This document shows, piece by piece, positions 29,063 through 39,150 of a stretch of 64,000 bases of DNA. Numbering within the stretch: position 1 is the stretch's first letter; each line of letters starts with the position of its first letter. Location: NCBI GenBank assembly GCA_001189195.1, contig LFCQ01000003.1:7059-71058 (forward strand). Direction: 5' to 3'. The notes beneath the pieces are model-generated. The model saw only the letters and a list, made by a program, of their open reading frames with translations, was not told the origin of the DNA and searched no databases. The DNA is from Parcubacteria bacterium C7867-007 (GTDB lineage: Bacteria > Patescibacteriota > Minisyncoccia > Phycocordibacterales > Phycocordibacteraceae). A program made the position numbers and the translations under genes.

Positions 29063-29293
29063 TTACCCAGCGTTGTAGGAACCTAGCACAATTCCTTGCG
29101 GGGCCGTTTCGCTTGCGCAACCAAGCCGTACGCAAGAAACTATGCTCAGATCATCCCAGATTTTACCTTCATCAGCAGCGCGACCGTTGGCGAGCCTTCT
29201 CGCTTCTTCTTCGGAAGACGCAACAATGACAAAAGCATCGTACTGCTCATACCCTGGCAATCTAGCGTCCTGCGAGAGGAGATAAATATGCAC
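29063..29293 (-). CDS. hypothetical small protein (GTG start with GGAGGG RBS)
   Basis: 76-aa ORF with GGAGGG 5 nt upstream of a GTG start codon. Confidence 0.3.
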   Translation of the reverse strand: MHIYLLSQDARLPGYEQYDAFVIVASSEEEARRLANGRAADEGKIWDDLSIVSCVRLGCASETAPQGIVLGSYNAG

Positions 29294-29457
29294 TGTAGCC
29301 CTCCGTGGTTAGTGTAGATTGGCTACGACTTTCCACGAAGCACATAGAGGAAGGGGCAAGTACGCAGGCTTGGTTTATCTTTTATTTGGGACGGTGTCAA
29401 TCAAAAAGGTTCCAACATCGTCCCATACAACCCTCACAAGCTGCTATACTCCCTGAT

Positions 29458-30159
29458 ATGTTTCCGCACCCAGAATCTCATACAGGCTCAGTAGCATCGT
29501 TACAAAACTGGCTACGAGCAGCAGTGCTGGGTGCTAATGATGGTATCGTCTCACTCGCTGCTCTGGTAGTTGGTATTGCAGCCACTTCAGCAAGTACTCA
29601 AACACTCCTTGTTACCGGTGTCGCTGCATTGGTGGCAGGAGCACTATCTATGGCGGTGGGTGAGTATGTATCCGTAAGTAGTCAAAGAGATATTGAACAT
29701 GCACTCCTTGCTAAGGAACGATACGAGCTTGAACACTACGCAGATGAAGAGCTTGCAGAGCTTATCGGTATTTATGAAAAGAAAGGCCTCTCGCATGAGA
29801 CCGCACGTACCGTTGCTCTAGAACTAACAGCACATGATGCATTTGCTGCACATGTTGATGCGGAGTTAGGTATTGATCCTGATGATCTCACAGATCCTTT
29901 GCAGGCTGCATTTGCTTCTGCAGCAGCATTCTCACTGGGTGCCGTCATTCCCCTCATCGCTATTGTTACCGCACCAGTTGATATTCGTGTGCAGGTAACG
30001 TTCGTTGCTGTACTCATCGCTCTGGTTGGTACAGGACTTATCAGTGCAAAGATGAGTGGTGCGGGAACTCGCATGGTGATTGTGCGTATGATATTCGGTG
30101 GCTTGCTCGCCATGGTCATCACCTTTGGTATCGGTAGGTTGTTTGGTGCAGGATTCTAG
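29458..30159 (+). CDS. VIT1/CCC1-family membrane protein (putative Fe/Mn transporter)
   Basis: LRAAVLGANDGIVSLAALVVGIAAT N-terminal signature and a C-terminal TM bundle. The start is set at the ATG at 29458. Confidence 0.7.
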   Translation: MFPHPESHTGSVASLQNWLRAAVLGANDGIVSLAALVVGIAATSASTQTLLVTGVAALVAGALSMAVGEYVSVSSQRDIEHALLAKERYELEHYADEELAELIGIYEKKGLSHETARTVALELTAHDAFAAHVDAELGIDPDDLTDPLQAAFASAAAFSLGAVIPLIAIVTAPVDIRVQVTFVAVLIALVGTGLISAKMSGAGTRMVIVRMIFGGLLAMVITFGIGRLFGAGF

Positions 30160-30192
30160 TTCTTGTCTTGTGAGTGTTGGTATACTTATCGC

Positions 30193-30984
30193 ATGAACCT
30201 ATTTCTTGTTGCAGGCCTCTTTCTCTTTATATACATGTGTTTTGCGTTTGTGGTCTCACTCATACGCAAGGATAACGGGACCGCAGATATCGCTTATGGA
30301 TGGGGCTTTGTACTGCTTGCGTGGATCACCTTCTCACACGGTATGCCGGGTCTCCCTGCAACCGTTGTAAACATCCTTGTGACTATTTGGGCCGTACGCC
30401 TCTCCCTCCGCATCTACCTACGTGGTCGAGGGAAACCAGAAGACTTCCGTTATAAGAAATGGCGTGAGGAGTGGGGAAAGACCTTCGTGATACGAAGTTT
30501 CCTTCAGATCTATATGCTCCAAGGTCTAATCATTTATCTCGTATCTATACCAGTGATGATGCTTAACGCATACAATGGGGTGATTATCTTTGGTCTCATT
30601 GCACTCTTTGGTGCTGCGTTCTGGCTTAAAGGATTCTTCTTTGAAGCAGTGGGTGATGCTGAGCTTGCACGATTCATGAAGGATCCAAAGAATAAGGGTC
30701 ATGTTATGCAGACCGGCCTCTGGTACTACACACGCCATCCCAACTATTATGGTGAGTCACTTATGTGGTGGGGTATTGCACTCATATCGTTTGGTACTCT
30801 TGGTGCAACACAACCCCTTTGGTTTGCCGCACTTGCCTTCATTGGTCCACTCCTTATCACCTTCCTTCTCCTAAAAGTTTCTGGTGTACCGATGCTTGAA
30901 GAGAGATTCAAAGGCAATCCAGAATGGGAAGCGTATAAGGCGCGTACCAGTGTATTCATACCGTGGTTTCCTAAGAAGCAGTAG
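30193..30984 (+). CDS. DUF1295 / steroid-5α-reductase / ICMT-like membrane methyltransferase-fold protein
   Basis: Polytopic membrane protein with C-terminal …[23 protein letters not shown]…. Confidence 0.6.
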   Translation: MNLFLVAGLFLFIYMCFAFVVSLIRKDNGTADIAYGWGFVLLAWITFSHGMPGLPATVVNILVTIWAVRLSLRIYLRGRGKPEDFRYKKWREEWGKTFVIRSFLQIYMLQGLIIYLVSIPVMMLNAYNGVIIFGLIALFGAAFWLKGFFFEAVGDAELARFMKDPKNKGHVMQTGLWYYTRHPNYYGESLMWWGIALISFGTLGATQPLWFAALAFIGPLLITFLLLKVSGVPMLEERFKGNPEWEAYKARTSVFIPWFPKKQ

Positions 30985-31027
30985 TAGTACTGGGCTAACA
31001 GCGCAACATGCGGTAAGGTGGGTGTAA

Positions 31028-32521
31028 ATGGCTGATAAGAAAGGCGGCGACCAGAATGGCGCGCCTCCACGAGAGATCATCACACGATTTGAGGAGGCGT
31101 CATTCGAATACGGGCACAATCACCCCATCCTAGATGAGGTTAGTTTTTCTATACGCAAAGGAATGAAGGTAACCCTGATGGGACAGAATGGTGCAGGGAA
31201 GTCCACCATCTTTAAACTCATCACAGGAGAACTCAAACTGAATAATGGACGCGTTCTCAATTCTCGGGGAGTGAGTATTGCAATGGCAAGTCAGGTTATC
31301 CCTCCAGCACTCCGTGAGCGCACTGTACGTGAGTTCTTCGAGTCCTGCTTCCCTGAGAAGGTATACGACATTGATCCAAAGATCGATGCTGTACTTGAGG
31401 TGGTTAACCTCCATGCTCCCAAGGAACGCATCATTAGCTCATTCTCTGGAGGTCAACAGGCACGCCTTCTTCTTGCGAGTGCCCTTATACAGGATCCAGA
31501 CCTCCTTCTGCTTGATGAGCCAACAAACAATCTTGATACTGGTGGTATTGAACACCTCACTGACTTCCTTAAGAAGTACGATAAGAGCTGTCTTGTTATT
31601 TCGCATGATGCAGAATTCCTTAATTCATTCACTGATGGTGTGCTGTATCTTGATGTGCACACTCGAAAGATTGAGCAGTATTCCGGTAACTATAATGATC
31701 TTTTGAAAGAGATCACTGCACGTATTGAGCGTGAGAACCGAAAGAACGCACAGTTGGAGAAGAAGATCCAAGAAAACAAAGATAAGGCTAACTTCTTTGC
31801 ACAGAAGGGAGGAAAGATGCGTTTGGTTGCAAAGAAGATGCGTGAAGAGATTGAAGAGATGGAGGATGATAAGGCAGATGTGCGTCGTGAGGATAAGACT
31901 ATTCGTCCCTTTGTTATTCCCTCACAGCCAGAAATACTTGGTGATGTTATTACGATTACTTCGTATGTAACCATTGACCCTAAGAAGCATGTGCCGGTTG
32001 TACACAATAAGTCTCTGTCACTTCGAAAGAAGCAGCATCTCCTTTTGCGTGGTCCTAATGGTATTGGCAAGACTACGCTTCTTGAAGCACTGGCAAGTGG
32101 AAAGGCAGAGGGTGCACAAATAGCTAAAGGTGTACGCACCGGTTACTATCGCCAGGATTTCTCCACACTAAACTTTGATCATTCAGTACGTGAATCACTC
32201 CTGTCAGTGATGGAGAAACAGGATGAGGAACGTATGCGTGCTGTTGCTGCAGGGTTCTTGATTAATGCAGACCACATCAACAAGAAGATTGGGGTGCTTT
32301 CAGAGGGACAGAAGGGTCTTGTTGCTTTTGCACGTCTGGTACTTGAACGCCCGGGCCTCCTTATCCTCGATGAGCCAACCAACCATATTAACTTCCGCCA
32401 TCTACCAGTTATTGCAAAGGCACTGGATCAGTATGAAGGCGCTATGATTATGGTGAGTCACGTACCTGAGTTCGTGAGCCAGATACGTATTGATGAGATA
32501 CTAGATCTTGATAAGAAATAA
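31028..32521 (+). CDS. ABC-F family ATPase (two ABC domains, no TM domain)
   Basis: Two Walker A motifs (GQNGAGKST, GPNGIGKTT) and two signature motifs (SGGQQARLLLA, SEGQKGLVAFA). Confidence 0.85.
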   Translation: MADKKGGDQNGAPPREIITRFEEASFEYGHNHPILDEVSFSIRKGMKVTLMGQNGAGKSTIFKLITGELKLNNGRVLNSRGVSIAMASQVIPPALRERTVREFFESCFPEKVYDIDPKIDAVLEVVNLHAPKERIISSFSGGQQARLLLASALIQDPDLLLLDEPTNNLDTGGIEHLTDFLKKYDKSCLVISHDAEFLNSFTDGVLYLDVHTRKIEQYSGNYNDLLKEITARIERENRKNAQLEKKIQENKDKANFFAQKGGKMRLVAKKMREEIEEMEDDKADVRREDKTIRPFVIPSQPEILGDVITITSYVTIDPKKHVPVVHNKSLSLRKKQHLLLRGPNGIGKTTLLEALASGKAEGAQIAKGVRTGYYRQDFSTLNFDHSVRESLLSVMEKQDEERMRAVAAGFLINADHINKKIGVLSEGQKGLVAFARLVLERPGLLILDEPTNHINFRHLPVIAKALDQYEGAMIMVSHVPEFVSQIRIDEILDLDKK

Positions 32522-32526
32522 CTTCT

Positions 32527-32889
32527 ATGAAGAACTCGCTACGAACAAAGGAAATGGTTCAAAGCATTAGAGACTACAATGCTGAACATCCAGAAGAAAA
32601 GAATGGAGAGTGTGCACTTTGCACCAAAGAAGCTGTTGAAACATTCTCTCACTGGAAGATTACTGAAAACAAGTTCCCCTACGATCTCGTTGCCACAACG
32701 CACCACATGATCATGCCGCTTCGTCATGCAACTGAAACTGAACTCACCATGGATGAGTGGAAAGAATATCAGGAGATAAAGCACAGTAAGTTACAAGAGT
32801 ACGACTATCTCCTTGAAGGTACTTCGAAGACGAAGTCTATCCCTGCACACTTTCATATTCATTTGATTATTGGAAAGGGACCTCAGTAG
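32527..32889 (+). CDS. HIT-family (histidine triad) protein
   Basis: C-terminal HFHIHLI histidine-triad motif. Confidence 0.65.
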   Translation: MKNSLRTKEMVQSIRDYNAEHPEEKNGECALCTKEAVETFSHWKITENKFPYDLVATTHHMIMPLRHATETELTMDEWKEYQEIKHSKLQEYDYLLEGTSKTKSIPAHFHIHLIIGKGPQ

Positions 32890-32910
32890 GTTCGATCCCT
32901 GGTCTGCGAG
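32887..32910 (+). repeat. 24-nt tRNA 3'-end-like fragment (20 of 23 aligned positions identical to the tRNA-Gln T-arm/acceptor 3' strand at 28986-29008)
   Basis: TAGGTTCGATCCCTgGTCTgCgAG versus TAGGTTCGATCCCTaGTCTcCcAG. It overlaps the HIT gene stop. Confidence 0.3.
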
Positions 32911-32975
32911 TAACTAAAGCAAAAGTCGCCCGACGGAATTCGGGCGACCACGTAGCGGAAATAGTCCTCTTAATC

Positions 32976-33548
32976 TCAACGAAGATAACGAGTGATGGTG
33001 TGTGCAAGGCCATCGATTGTGTGACGCACCTCGTAACCTCCTTCGTCTCCACCGCCTGTAAACAGACGAGGAGGATCAGCAGGTATACCACCTGTGATCC
33101 AGAGCCCGTACTTGCGAGAGAGAGCTTCAAGTTCATCAGCAAATGCCTGTGCCTTCATAGTGTGGTTCTCAACCCATGGCAACTCAGGCCAAAGGACTTC
33201 GGCAAGTTGTCGCGCCCTCTTGACGGTGTAGTTGTGAACAGGACGAGTTGCATATAGTTCGTTAGCCGTAATTTCACGGATATCGAAAGGAGGGGACAAG
33301 AAGTGTCCACCGAATTCTTCTTCCGTGAGCAAGCCGCGTACATCATGGATTCTGCCGTCTGGAGCGCGCACACCTGCGTGCCAAATCACTGCGTCCTTCA
33401 TTAAGCCGGCCATTGGCCAGTTAAGGCCTTGATTGAGTGCTATCGCGAAGGCATAACATTCTCCTTCAAGAAAGACACCGCGGTACATGTCATGCAACAT
33501 CTCGTGGTCTTCAGGGCTTTGTTCCAGTTTGCGAAGGATCGTAGGCAT
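32976..33548 (-). CDS. hypothetical protein
   Basis: 190-aa ORF. No recognisable motif. Confidence 0.4.
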   Translation of the reverse strand: MPTILRKLEQSPEDHEMLHDMYRGVFLEGECYAFAIALNQGLNWPMAGLMKDAVIWHAGVRAPDGRIHDVRGLLTEEEFGGHFLSPPFDIREITANELYATRPVHNYTVKRARQLAEVLWPELPWVENHTMKAQAFADELEALSRKYGLWITGGIPADPPRLFTGGGDEGGYEVRHTIDGLAHTITRYLR

Positions 33549-33700
33549 CAGTCATCTCCTAAAAAGAGTTGAACGGCTAAGGCCGCTTATCTAGACAGAA
33601 GCTAGCACATGTAGCAAAAGGCTACCAACATTGCTTAGACAGTCCTTCATTGACACCTTATGAATAAACATTAGAATCCGGACAGAAAAGGAGACCAGAA

Positions 33701-34084
33701 ATGAGTAGTTTCAAGTTGGGTGGGATCCCCACTCATGCCTGCGAACACTTCTATGCCTTGCGAGACAAGGTGTGTGGTGAAAACGGCCAGCAGTGGTCCG
33801 ACGCTTTAGGGGCTTTGCTTGCGCATGCAGATCCTGTGCAAGCGAAACACCTGCTCACTCCCGTCCCGCAGTTTGGGCCTGAGTACCCCTTGTTTCTCAT
33901 GCAAGCGGGCGCCATGTTCCAGTTCCTGCCTCTTCGCGAAGCAGGTATTCTGTATGACAACGGCCTCGTGGACGTCAAATTCGGTACCTTTGTTCTCGAA
34001 GAAGGTCTCAAGATCAGACTCATGACTGATGAGGAGAAAGGCAAGATTTCTGAAATTGCCGACCGGTACAGTGAGAACAAATAA
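33701..34084 (+). CDS. hypothetical protein
   Basis: 127-aa ORF followed by a strong terminator. Confidence 0.4.
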   Translation: MSSFKLGGIPTHACEHFYALRDKVCGENGQQWSDALGALLAHADPVQAKHLLTPVPQFGPEYPLFLMQAGAMFQFLPLREAGILYDNGLVDVKFGTFVLEEGLKIRLMTDEEKGKISEIADRYSENK

Positions 34085-34116
34085 GCCACCGCGAGGGTCA
34101 CCCTCCGGTGGCTTTC
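34085..34116 (+). terminator. rho-independent terminator
   Basis: gccaccg…cggtggc long hairpin followed by tttcg. Confidence 0.55.
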
Positions 34117-34164
34117 GTGCATACTGCGCTCTCCCATATCAGATAGCCGTTATATACTTTCCCC

Positions 34165-34761
34165 ATGAAGCTTGATCGGGTACTAGCATTCACAGAGATG
34201 CTGCAGGAATTTCAGAAGATTGATCGTGTTATGCACGTGCCTGGTTTTCCCGATCGTTTAGAAAATGATGTAGAACACAGCTATACGCTTGCAATGCTTG
34301 CCTGGTATCTGGTCTCGAGTGAGAAACTACCGCTTGACGCAGATCTAGTTCTTAAATACGGGATGATTCATGACCTTGTAGAGGTATATGCTGGAGACAC
34401 CTATATCTACGGCAATGAAGAACACCTTGCCAGCAAACATGAGCGGGAGGCTGCAGCGATACTGCGATTGCAGGAGGTATTTCCAGAGTTCACTGATCTC
34501 CACAAACTTATTGAGCAATATGAACGACGTGAGGATGCAGAGAGCAAGTTTATATACGCTCTTGATAAGCTACAACCAATTATTCATGCGTACATAGGAG
34601 GTGGAGTGACGTGGAAGAAGATGAACATTGTTCTTGCAATGGTGATTGAGAACAAGACTCCCAAGATCGCTGTCGATCCGTATGTAACGGAATGCTATGA
34701 AGAACTCTTGGATATTCTCCGTGAACGTGAAGAAGAGTTCTTTGGCTCTATAACTACCTAG
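34165..34761 (+). CDS. HD-domain phosphohydrolase (YfbR-like 5'-deoxynucleotidase family)
   Basis: H…HD motif (VEHSYTLAMLAWYL…MIHDLVEVYAGD). Confidence 0.7.
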   Translation: MKLDRVLAFTEMLQEFQKIDRVMHVPGFPDRLENDVEHSYTLAMLAWYLVSSEKLPLDADLVLKYGMIHDLVEVYAGDTYIYGNEEHLASKHEREAAAILRLQEVFPEFTDLHKLIEQYERREDAESKFIYALDKLQPIIHAYIGGGVTWKKMNIVLAMVIENKTPKIAVDPYVTECYEELLDILREREEEFFGSITT

Positions 34762-35567
34762 AGACCCAAAAGCTGGAGGAACTCCTTCAATTCCTCTCCT
34801 TCAATGGGACGGAATGCACCCGCATGTAGTTTGCCTAGTTTGATATTTAATACACGACTTCGCTTCAAATCCTCCACCTCATTGTGCATTGCCACAACCA
34901 TACGGCGTACCTGATGTTTCTTTCCTTCCGTTAGAGTGATGGAAAAGCTTTTCTCGCCTAAGATCTTCACCTTTGCCGGCTTAGTTACATACCCCTCAAT
35001 ATCTACACCTGCTTCCATGTGTGTTCGGAAACTATCTCGCATCGGGTACTTTGTCTTAACGGTGTACTCCTTATCATGTTCCGCAGCAGGATTGAGAAGA
35101 CGATCTGTTATGCGACCATCGTTGGTGAGGATAATGAGACCATGTGAGTCCTTATCAAGGCGACCGATAGGGAACACGCCTTTATCAGCGAGCTCTGGAA
35201 CACTCTCACGTATATCGGTCTCTGATTCTCCTGGGGAGTGAGTGATAACACCGCGTGGTTTGTTGTATGCAAAGTACAACCGCTCCGTTCCTTTCTTGCC
35301 ACTTTTCACCTCTACCTTGTCTGTTTCGTTCACCTTGTCTCCGAGGACCGCAATACGTCCATTTATGAGCACCCGATGCTTATCAATTAGTTCATCTGCC
35401 CCGCGCCGTGTTGAGTGCCCCTTGAGTGCAAGGTATTTATTGATACGCATGGGATATACCAGTACTTCATGTTCTTGTTTTGCCTGAACTTTAATCGGCA
35501 ACTTCTTACTAGGAGTCTTCTTCATTGTTTCCAGTATAGCGTCTAATGTATTTCTCTGCCCGCTCAC
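34758..35567 (-). CDS. RsuA/RluB-family pseudouridine synthase with N-terminal S4 domain
   Basis: S4 domain (MRINKYLALKGHSTRRGADELI) and catalytic GRLDKDSHGLIILTNDG. Confidence 0.85.
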   Translation of the reverse strand: MSGQRNTLDAILETMKKTPSKKLPIKVQAKQEHEVLVYPMRINKYLALKGHSTRRGADELIDKHRVLINGRIAVLGDKVNETDKVEVKSGKKGTERLYFAYNKPRGVITHSPGESETDIRESVPELADKGVFPIGRLDKDSHGLIILTNDGRITDRLLNPAAEHDKEYTVKTKYPMRDSFRTHMEAGVDIEGYVTKPAKVKILGEKSFSITLTEGKKHQVRRMVVAMHNEVEDLKRSRVLNIKLGKLHAGAFRPIEGEELKEFLQLLGL

Positions 35568-35765
35568 ATTTTCTTCATTACCAACTGCATAAGATAGCAG
35601 AGTATCGAAGTTACTCGCACCTAACCTACTTCTATGCTTAAAAACATGAAATACGATCTACTGCTTGCGATCCCTGCACTCATGCTTGCAAGCATACTTG
35701 GTGCCTTTACGGTCGTGCACTCATAGAACGGAATCATCTGTTAAAATAGACGGGCGACGATAACA

Positions 35766-35790
35766 GGAACGGCGTAAGTTGCGCCGTTCC
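35766..35790 (+). promoter_or_regulatory. perfect 9-bp stem-loop in the leader of the ECF sigma gene, 15 nt upstream of its ATG
   Basis: ggaacggcg-taagttg-cgccgttcc. No T-run follows, so it is not a terminator. Confidence 0.35.
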
Positions 35791-35805
35791 TGCACGTCAT
35801 ATCCT

Positions 35806-36315
35806 ATGGACCAGGACCAAGCAAAGGCATATTTCCTTGATATTCATGAGAAGCATGCGGATGAGATATTCCGATTCTGCCTCATGAAGGTCTCAAATAA
35901 GGAAAAGGCGGAGGATTTGACCCAAGAAGCATTTATGCGGTTTTGGCAGTCCGTTCGCACTGGAGAGACGATCCGTCAGGAGCGTGCCTTCCTCTATACA
36001 CTTGCTCGCAACCTGGTTATAGACTGGTACCGTAAGAAGAAGGAAAGCTCCCTCGACGCTATTCAGGAGGAGGGAATGGACTTTGCTGGAGAAGGGAAAG
36101 CAGATGTTGAGCAGCTTGCGCAGATGAACGAAGCCCTTGCGGTTATCGATACTCTTGATGCTTCATCTCGTGAAGCAGTGCTCCTCCGCTACGTGGAAGG
36201 GTGGTCTCCGCAAGAGATTGCCGCCCTCACCGGAGAAACAGCAAATGCCGTGTCTGTGCGTCTCAACCGTGCTATCAAGAAGGTGCAAGAACGAATACAT
36301 GCGACCAACCCGTAA
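35806..36315 (+). CDS. ECF-type RNA polymerase sigma-70 factor
   Basis: Region 2 (…LTQEAFMRFW…LYTLARNLVIDWYR…) and region 4 (…EIAALTGETANAVSVRLNRAIKKV…). Confidence 0.8.
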   Translation: MDQDQAKAYFLDIHEKHADEIFRFCLMKVSNKEKAEDLTQEAFMRFWQSVRTGETIRQERAFLYTLARNLVIDWYRKKKESSLDAIQEEGMDFAGEGKADVEQLAQMNEALAVIDTLDASSREAVLLRYVEGWSPQEIAALTGETANAVSVRLNRAIKKVQERIHATNP

Positions 36316-37363
36316 AACAACTGAATATCTAAAATCACTCCAGACTCTCAAGCTCGATGAGAGTGTTAAAGCACGTATGCGTGATGGACTTGATGCATAC
36401 GCTGATCTACACACTCTCAAGACTCCCATTTCAATACCTGTGCGCTCACCATTCTTTGCATACTCATTCATGCGCACAAGCTACGGAGTCTTTGCTGTTG
36501 CCCTCATGCTGCTCGTTTCCGGTACGGGTGCTGCCTACGCTTCCGAAGCAAGTGTGCCAGGAAGTCCTCTGTATAGGGTTAAGGTCTCTGTTATTGAGCC
36601 TGTACGTGGTGCTCTTATAACCAGTGCACAGGGTCAAGCGGAGTGGCATGCGAATCTTGCTGCACGTCGTCTTGAAGAAGCAACGAAGCTTGCGGTGGCC
36701 AATAAGCTTGATGCAGAATCTAGTGCATACCTCCAGGATCGATTTGAATCTGAAGTACGCATTTCAAGTCAGGCAGCGGATGCACTAACCGTAACAGGTA
36801 ACACAGAAGCAGCACTAGATGTGCGCTCCGATCTTGAAGCACGCATTACAGCTCACGCACAGATCCTTGGTCTCGTATCTGAACACCTTAAAGCAACGGT
36901 GGGTGAAGATGCTTCAGGTTTTCTTGATACCCGAGCATTTCTTGCGGTGATCAACGAACATCGTGAGGAGGTGGTACAAGCACGTCTGGCACTTGAAGAC
37001 TCTGCAAGTGACACCGATCCGGTGGTTACCCTTGCGCGTGCAGATGTAACGGCAAAGACCGTGGTCTCTCTTGCTCGTGCCAATCCAGCCGGTACTGTTG
37101 AAGATATTTCTGAACCTCATCTTGATACTGCTCGTGCTGCACTTATGCAGGCACAGGGAGCGTCAAGTGAAATAGAGGCTTCAAACAAGGCCCATGAGGC
37201 AGAGCGTGCTTCTGATGTAGCAACTATCCTTTTGCAGCACGCAAAACTGATTAGTACCCTCACTATTGCAACAAGCACAGCAACCACCACCCCTGTGGAA
37301 ATCCCAACAGAAACACCTGATGATACTGAGAAATCTGTTCAGAAGGACCCTATATCTCGATAA
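36299..37363 (+). CDS. putative anti-sigma factor / DUF5667-like membrane protein (overlaps the sigma stop)
   Basis: The start is reassigned to the ATG at 36299, which overlaps the sigma gene by 17 nt. Short cytoplasmic N-terminus, one TM helix, and a long Ala-rich helical extracytoplasmic domain. Confidence 0.45.
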   Translation: MRPTRKTTEYLKSLQTLKLDESVKARMRDGLDAYADLHTLKTPISIPVRSPFFAYSFMRTSYGVFAVALMLLVSGTGAAYASEASVPGSPLYRVKVSVIEPVRGALITSAQGQAEWHANLAARRLEEATKLAVANKLDAESSAYLQDRFESEVRISSQAADALTVTGNTEAALDVRSDLEARITAHAQILGLVSEHLKATVGEDASGFLDTRAFLAVINEHREEVVQARLALEDSASDTDPVVTLARADVTAKTVVSLARANPAGTVEDISEPHLDTARAALMQAQGASSEIEASNKAHEAERASDVATILLQHAKLISTLTIATSTATTTPVEIPTETPDDTEKSVQKDPISR

Positions 37364-37398
37364 TAAGTGCTTTGGGTGTCGTTTGATACAATGTACCT

Positions 37399-39108
37399 AT
37401 GACGCAAAGCGAAGCGTTGCGAATCCTCGCAACGGGAGTAAACGTATTCCTAACAGGTGAGCCCGGTAGCGGTAAAACGCATACGGTTAACGCCTATGTG
37501 CAGTGGCTACGTGAGCGGGGCATCGAGCCTGCAGTAACTGCATCAACCGGTATTGCTGCCACCCATATTCAAGGCATGACCATTCACTCATGGAGTGGCA
37601 TTGGGGTTAAAGAGTTTCTGTCAGACGCTGATATAGATGCAATTGCAAGCAAGGAGCATGTGGTGCGACGTATTCAACGTACAAGCGTGCTTATCATAGA
37701 TGAGGTATCTATGCTCTCTGGCGCAGTACTCACCATGGTCGATGCAGTGTGTCGTGAAGTACGCCATCGTCCCGATGATGCGTTTGGGGGCATGCAGGTA
37801 GTACTTGTTGGTGACTTCTTTCAGCTTCCCCCTATTTCTCGTAACAACTCAGCATCATTTGCGTTTGAGTCTCCTGCATGGAAGGAACTTAAACTAGTTG
37901 CCTGCTATCTAACAGAGCAGCATCGCCAGGAAGATAAGAAGTTCCTAAATGTACTGGGTGCTATCCGTTCACGTGAATGGGACCAGGGAACCGTCTCTAC
38001 CATCATGACGCGTGAGACTGATGGGTATGAACTAGACGAAGACATCCCTCGCCTGTACACCCATAACGCTGATGTAGATCGCATCAATGAAGAGAAGCTT
38101 TCCACCCTAGAGGGAACGGGCAAGGTGTACCGCATGAGTGCAGAAGGAGCACCACCCCTTATAGAGGCACTTAAGCGTGGCTGTCTTTCTCCAGAAACAC
38201 TAACCCTTAAAGAGGGTGCGGTGGTGATGGGGACCAAAAACAATCCTGCAAATGGTATGACCAACGGTACTCTCGCAACAGTTACGGGCTTTGAGAAGGG
38301 ATCTAACTTCCCTATCGTTGAAACCTTTGATGGTCGCACACTCACCATTTCTGAATTGGAGTGGGCGGTGGAAGAAGGAGGACGGGTGCGTGCAAAGATA
38401 CGACAGATTCCACTGCGTCTTGCATGGGCAATCACCGTGCACAAGAGTCAGGGTATGAGTATGGATGCTGCAGCAATAGATCTTTCTCGTGCCTTTGAAT
38501 ATGGGCAAGGGTATGTTGCACTCTCCCGTGTACGATCACTCGCAGGTCTGCACATACTTGGATGGAGTGAGGGTGCCTTTCAGGTACACCCTGAAGTGGG
38601 ACGAAAGGATGATGAATTCCGTTCTCTATCTGAGGAAGCGCGCATTGCCTTTGATCAGCTCGAAGAAGCAGGTGAACGTGAAGCACTTGCACGCAGCTTT
38701 GTTCGTTTCAGTGGTGGTACCTATGAACCTGAATTTAAAAAGGCTGCTGAGGGAACGGTATCACTTCCTAAAGCAGCAAAGCGAAGTACCTATGACATCA
38801 CTCTTGAACTTCTTAAGGAAGGAAAGTCTCTTGATGAGATTGCAAAGGAACGAAACCTAACTCTTGGGACCATCTGCGGACACGCAGAGAAGCTACTAAC
38901 TGCAAAGCGCATTGAACGAGACCTTATCCAGACCGCTATTTCTGATCGTTTGAACGCAAGTCTGCCTAAAATACAAACCGCATTCAAGAAGTTTCCTAGC
39001 AAAGAGTTAACACCCATATTTGCACACCTGAAGGGTGCCTATACGTTTGATGAACTTAAACTAGCTCGCCTGCTTATGGATGAAGAGGTGGCCCAGGAGG
39101 TATGGTAG
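37399..39108 (+). CDS. PIF1/RecD-like SF1 helicase with C-terminal helix-turn-helix extension
   Basis: Walker A GEPGSGKTH, DEVSM, and C-terminal AITVHKSQGMSMD…GQGYVALSRVRS (UvrD_C_2-like). Confidence 0.8.
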   Translation: MTQSEALRILATGVNVFLTGEPGSGKTHTVNAYVQWLRERGIEPAVTASTGIAATHIQGMTIHSWSGIGVKEFLSDADIDAIASKEHVVRRIQRTSVLIIDEVSMLSGAVLTMVDAVCREVRHRPDDAFGGMQVVLVGDFFQLPPISRNNSASFAFESPAWKELKLVACYLTEQHRQEDKKFLNVLGAIRSREWDQGTVSTIMTRETDGYELDEDIPRLYTHNADVDRINEEKLSTLEGTGKVYRMSAEGAPPLIEALKRGCLSPETLTLKEGAVVMGTKNNPANGMTNGTLATVTGFEKGSNFPIVETFDGRTLTISELEWAVEEGGRVRAKIRQIPLRLAWAITVHKSQGMSMDAAAIDLSRAFEYGQGYVALSRVRSLAGLHILGWSEGAFQVHPEVGRKDDEFRSLSEEARIAFDQLEEAGEREALARSFVRFSGGTYEPEFKKAAEGTVSLPKAAKRSTYDITLELLKEGKSLDEIAKERNLTLGTICGHAEKLLTAKRIERDLIQTAISDRLNASLPKIQTAFKKFPSKELTPIFAHLKGAYTFDELKLARLLMDEEVAQEVW

Positions 39109-39150
39109 GTCTTCATCAACGCTCCAGATAGGGTAACGTAGTATGCATAC

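Noticed and set aside
35645-35725. 26-codon hydrophobic mini-ORF (MKYDLLLAIPALMLASILGAFTVVHS) in the rluB-sigma intergenic region
   Set aside because: It has no Shine-Dalgarno and is too short to assess. It could be a leader peptide, but there is no supporting evidence.
36137-36298. 162-nt N-terminal extension of the anti-sigma-like ORF
   Set aside because: It lies entirely inside the ECF sigma factor gene in another frame. The ATG at 36299, overlapping the sigma stop, is the plausible coupled start.
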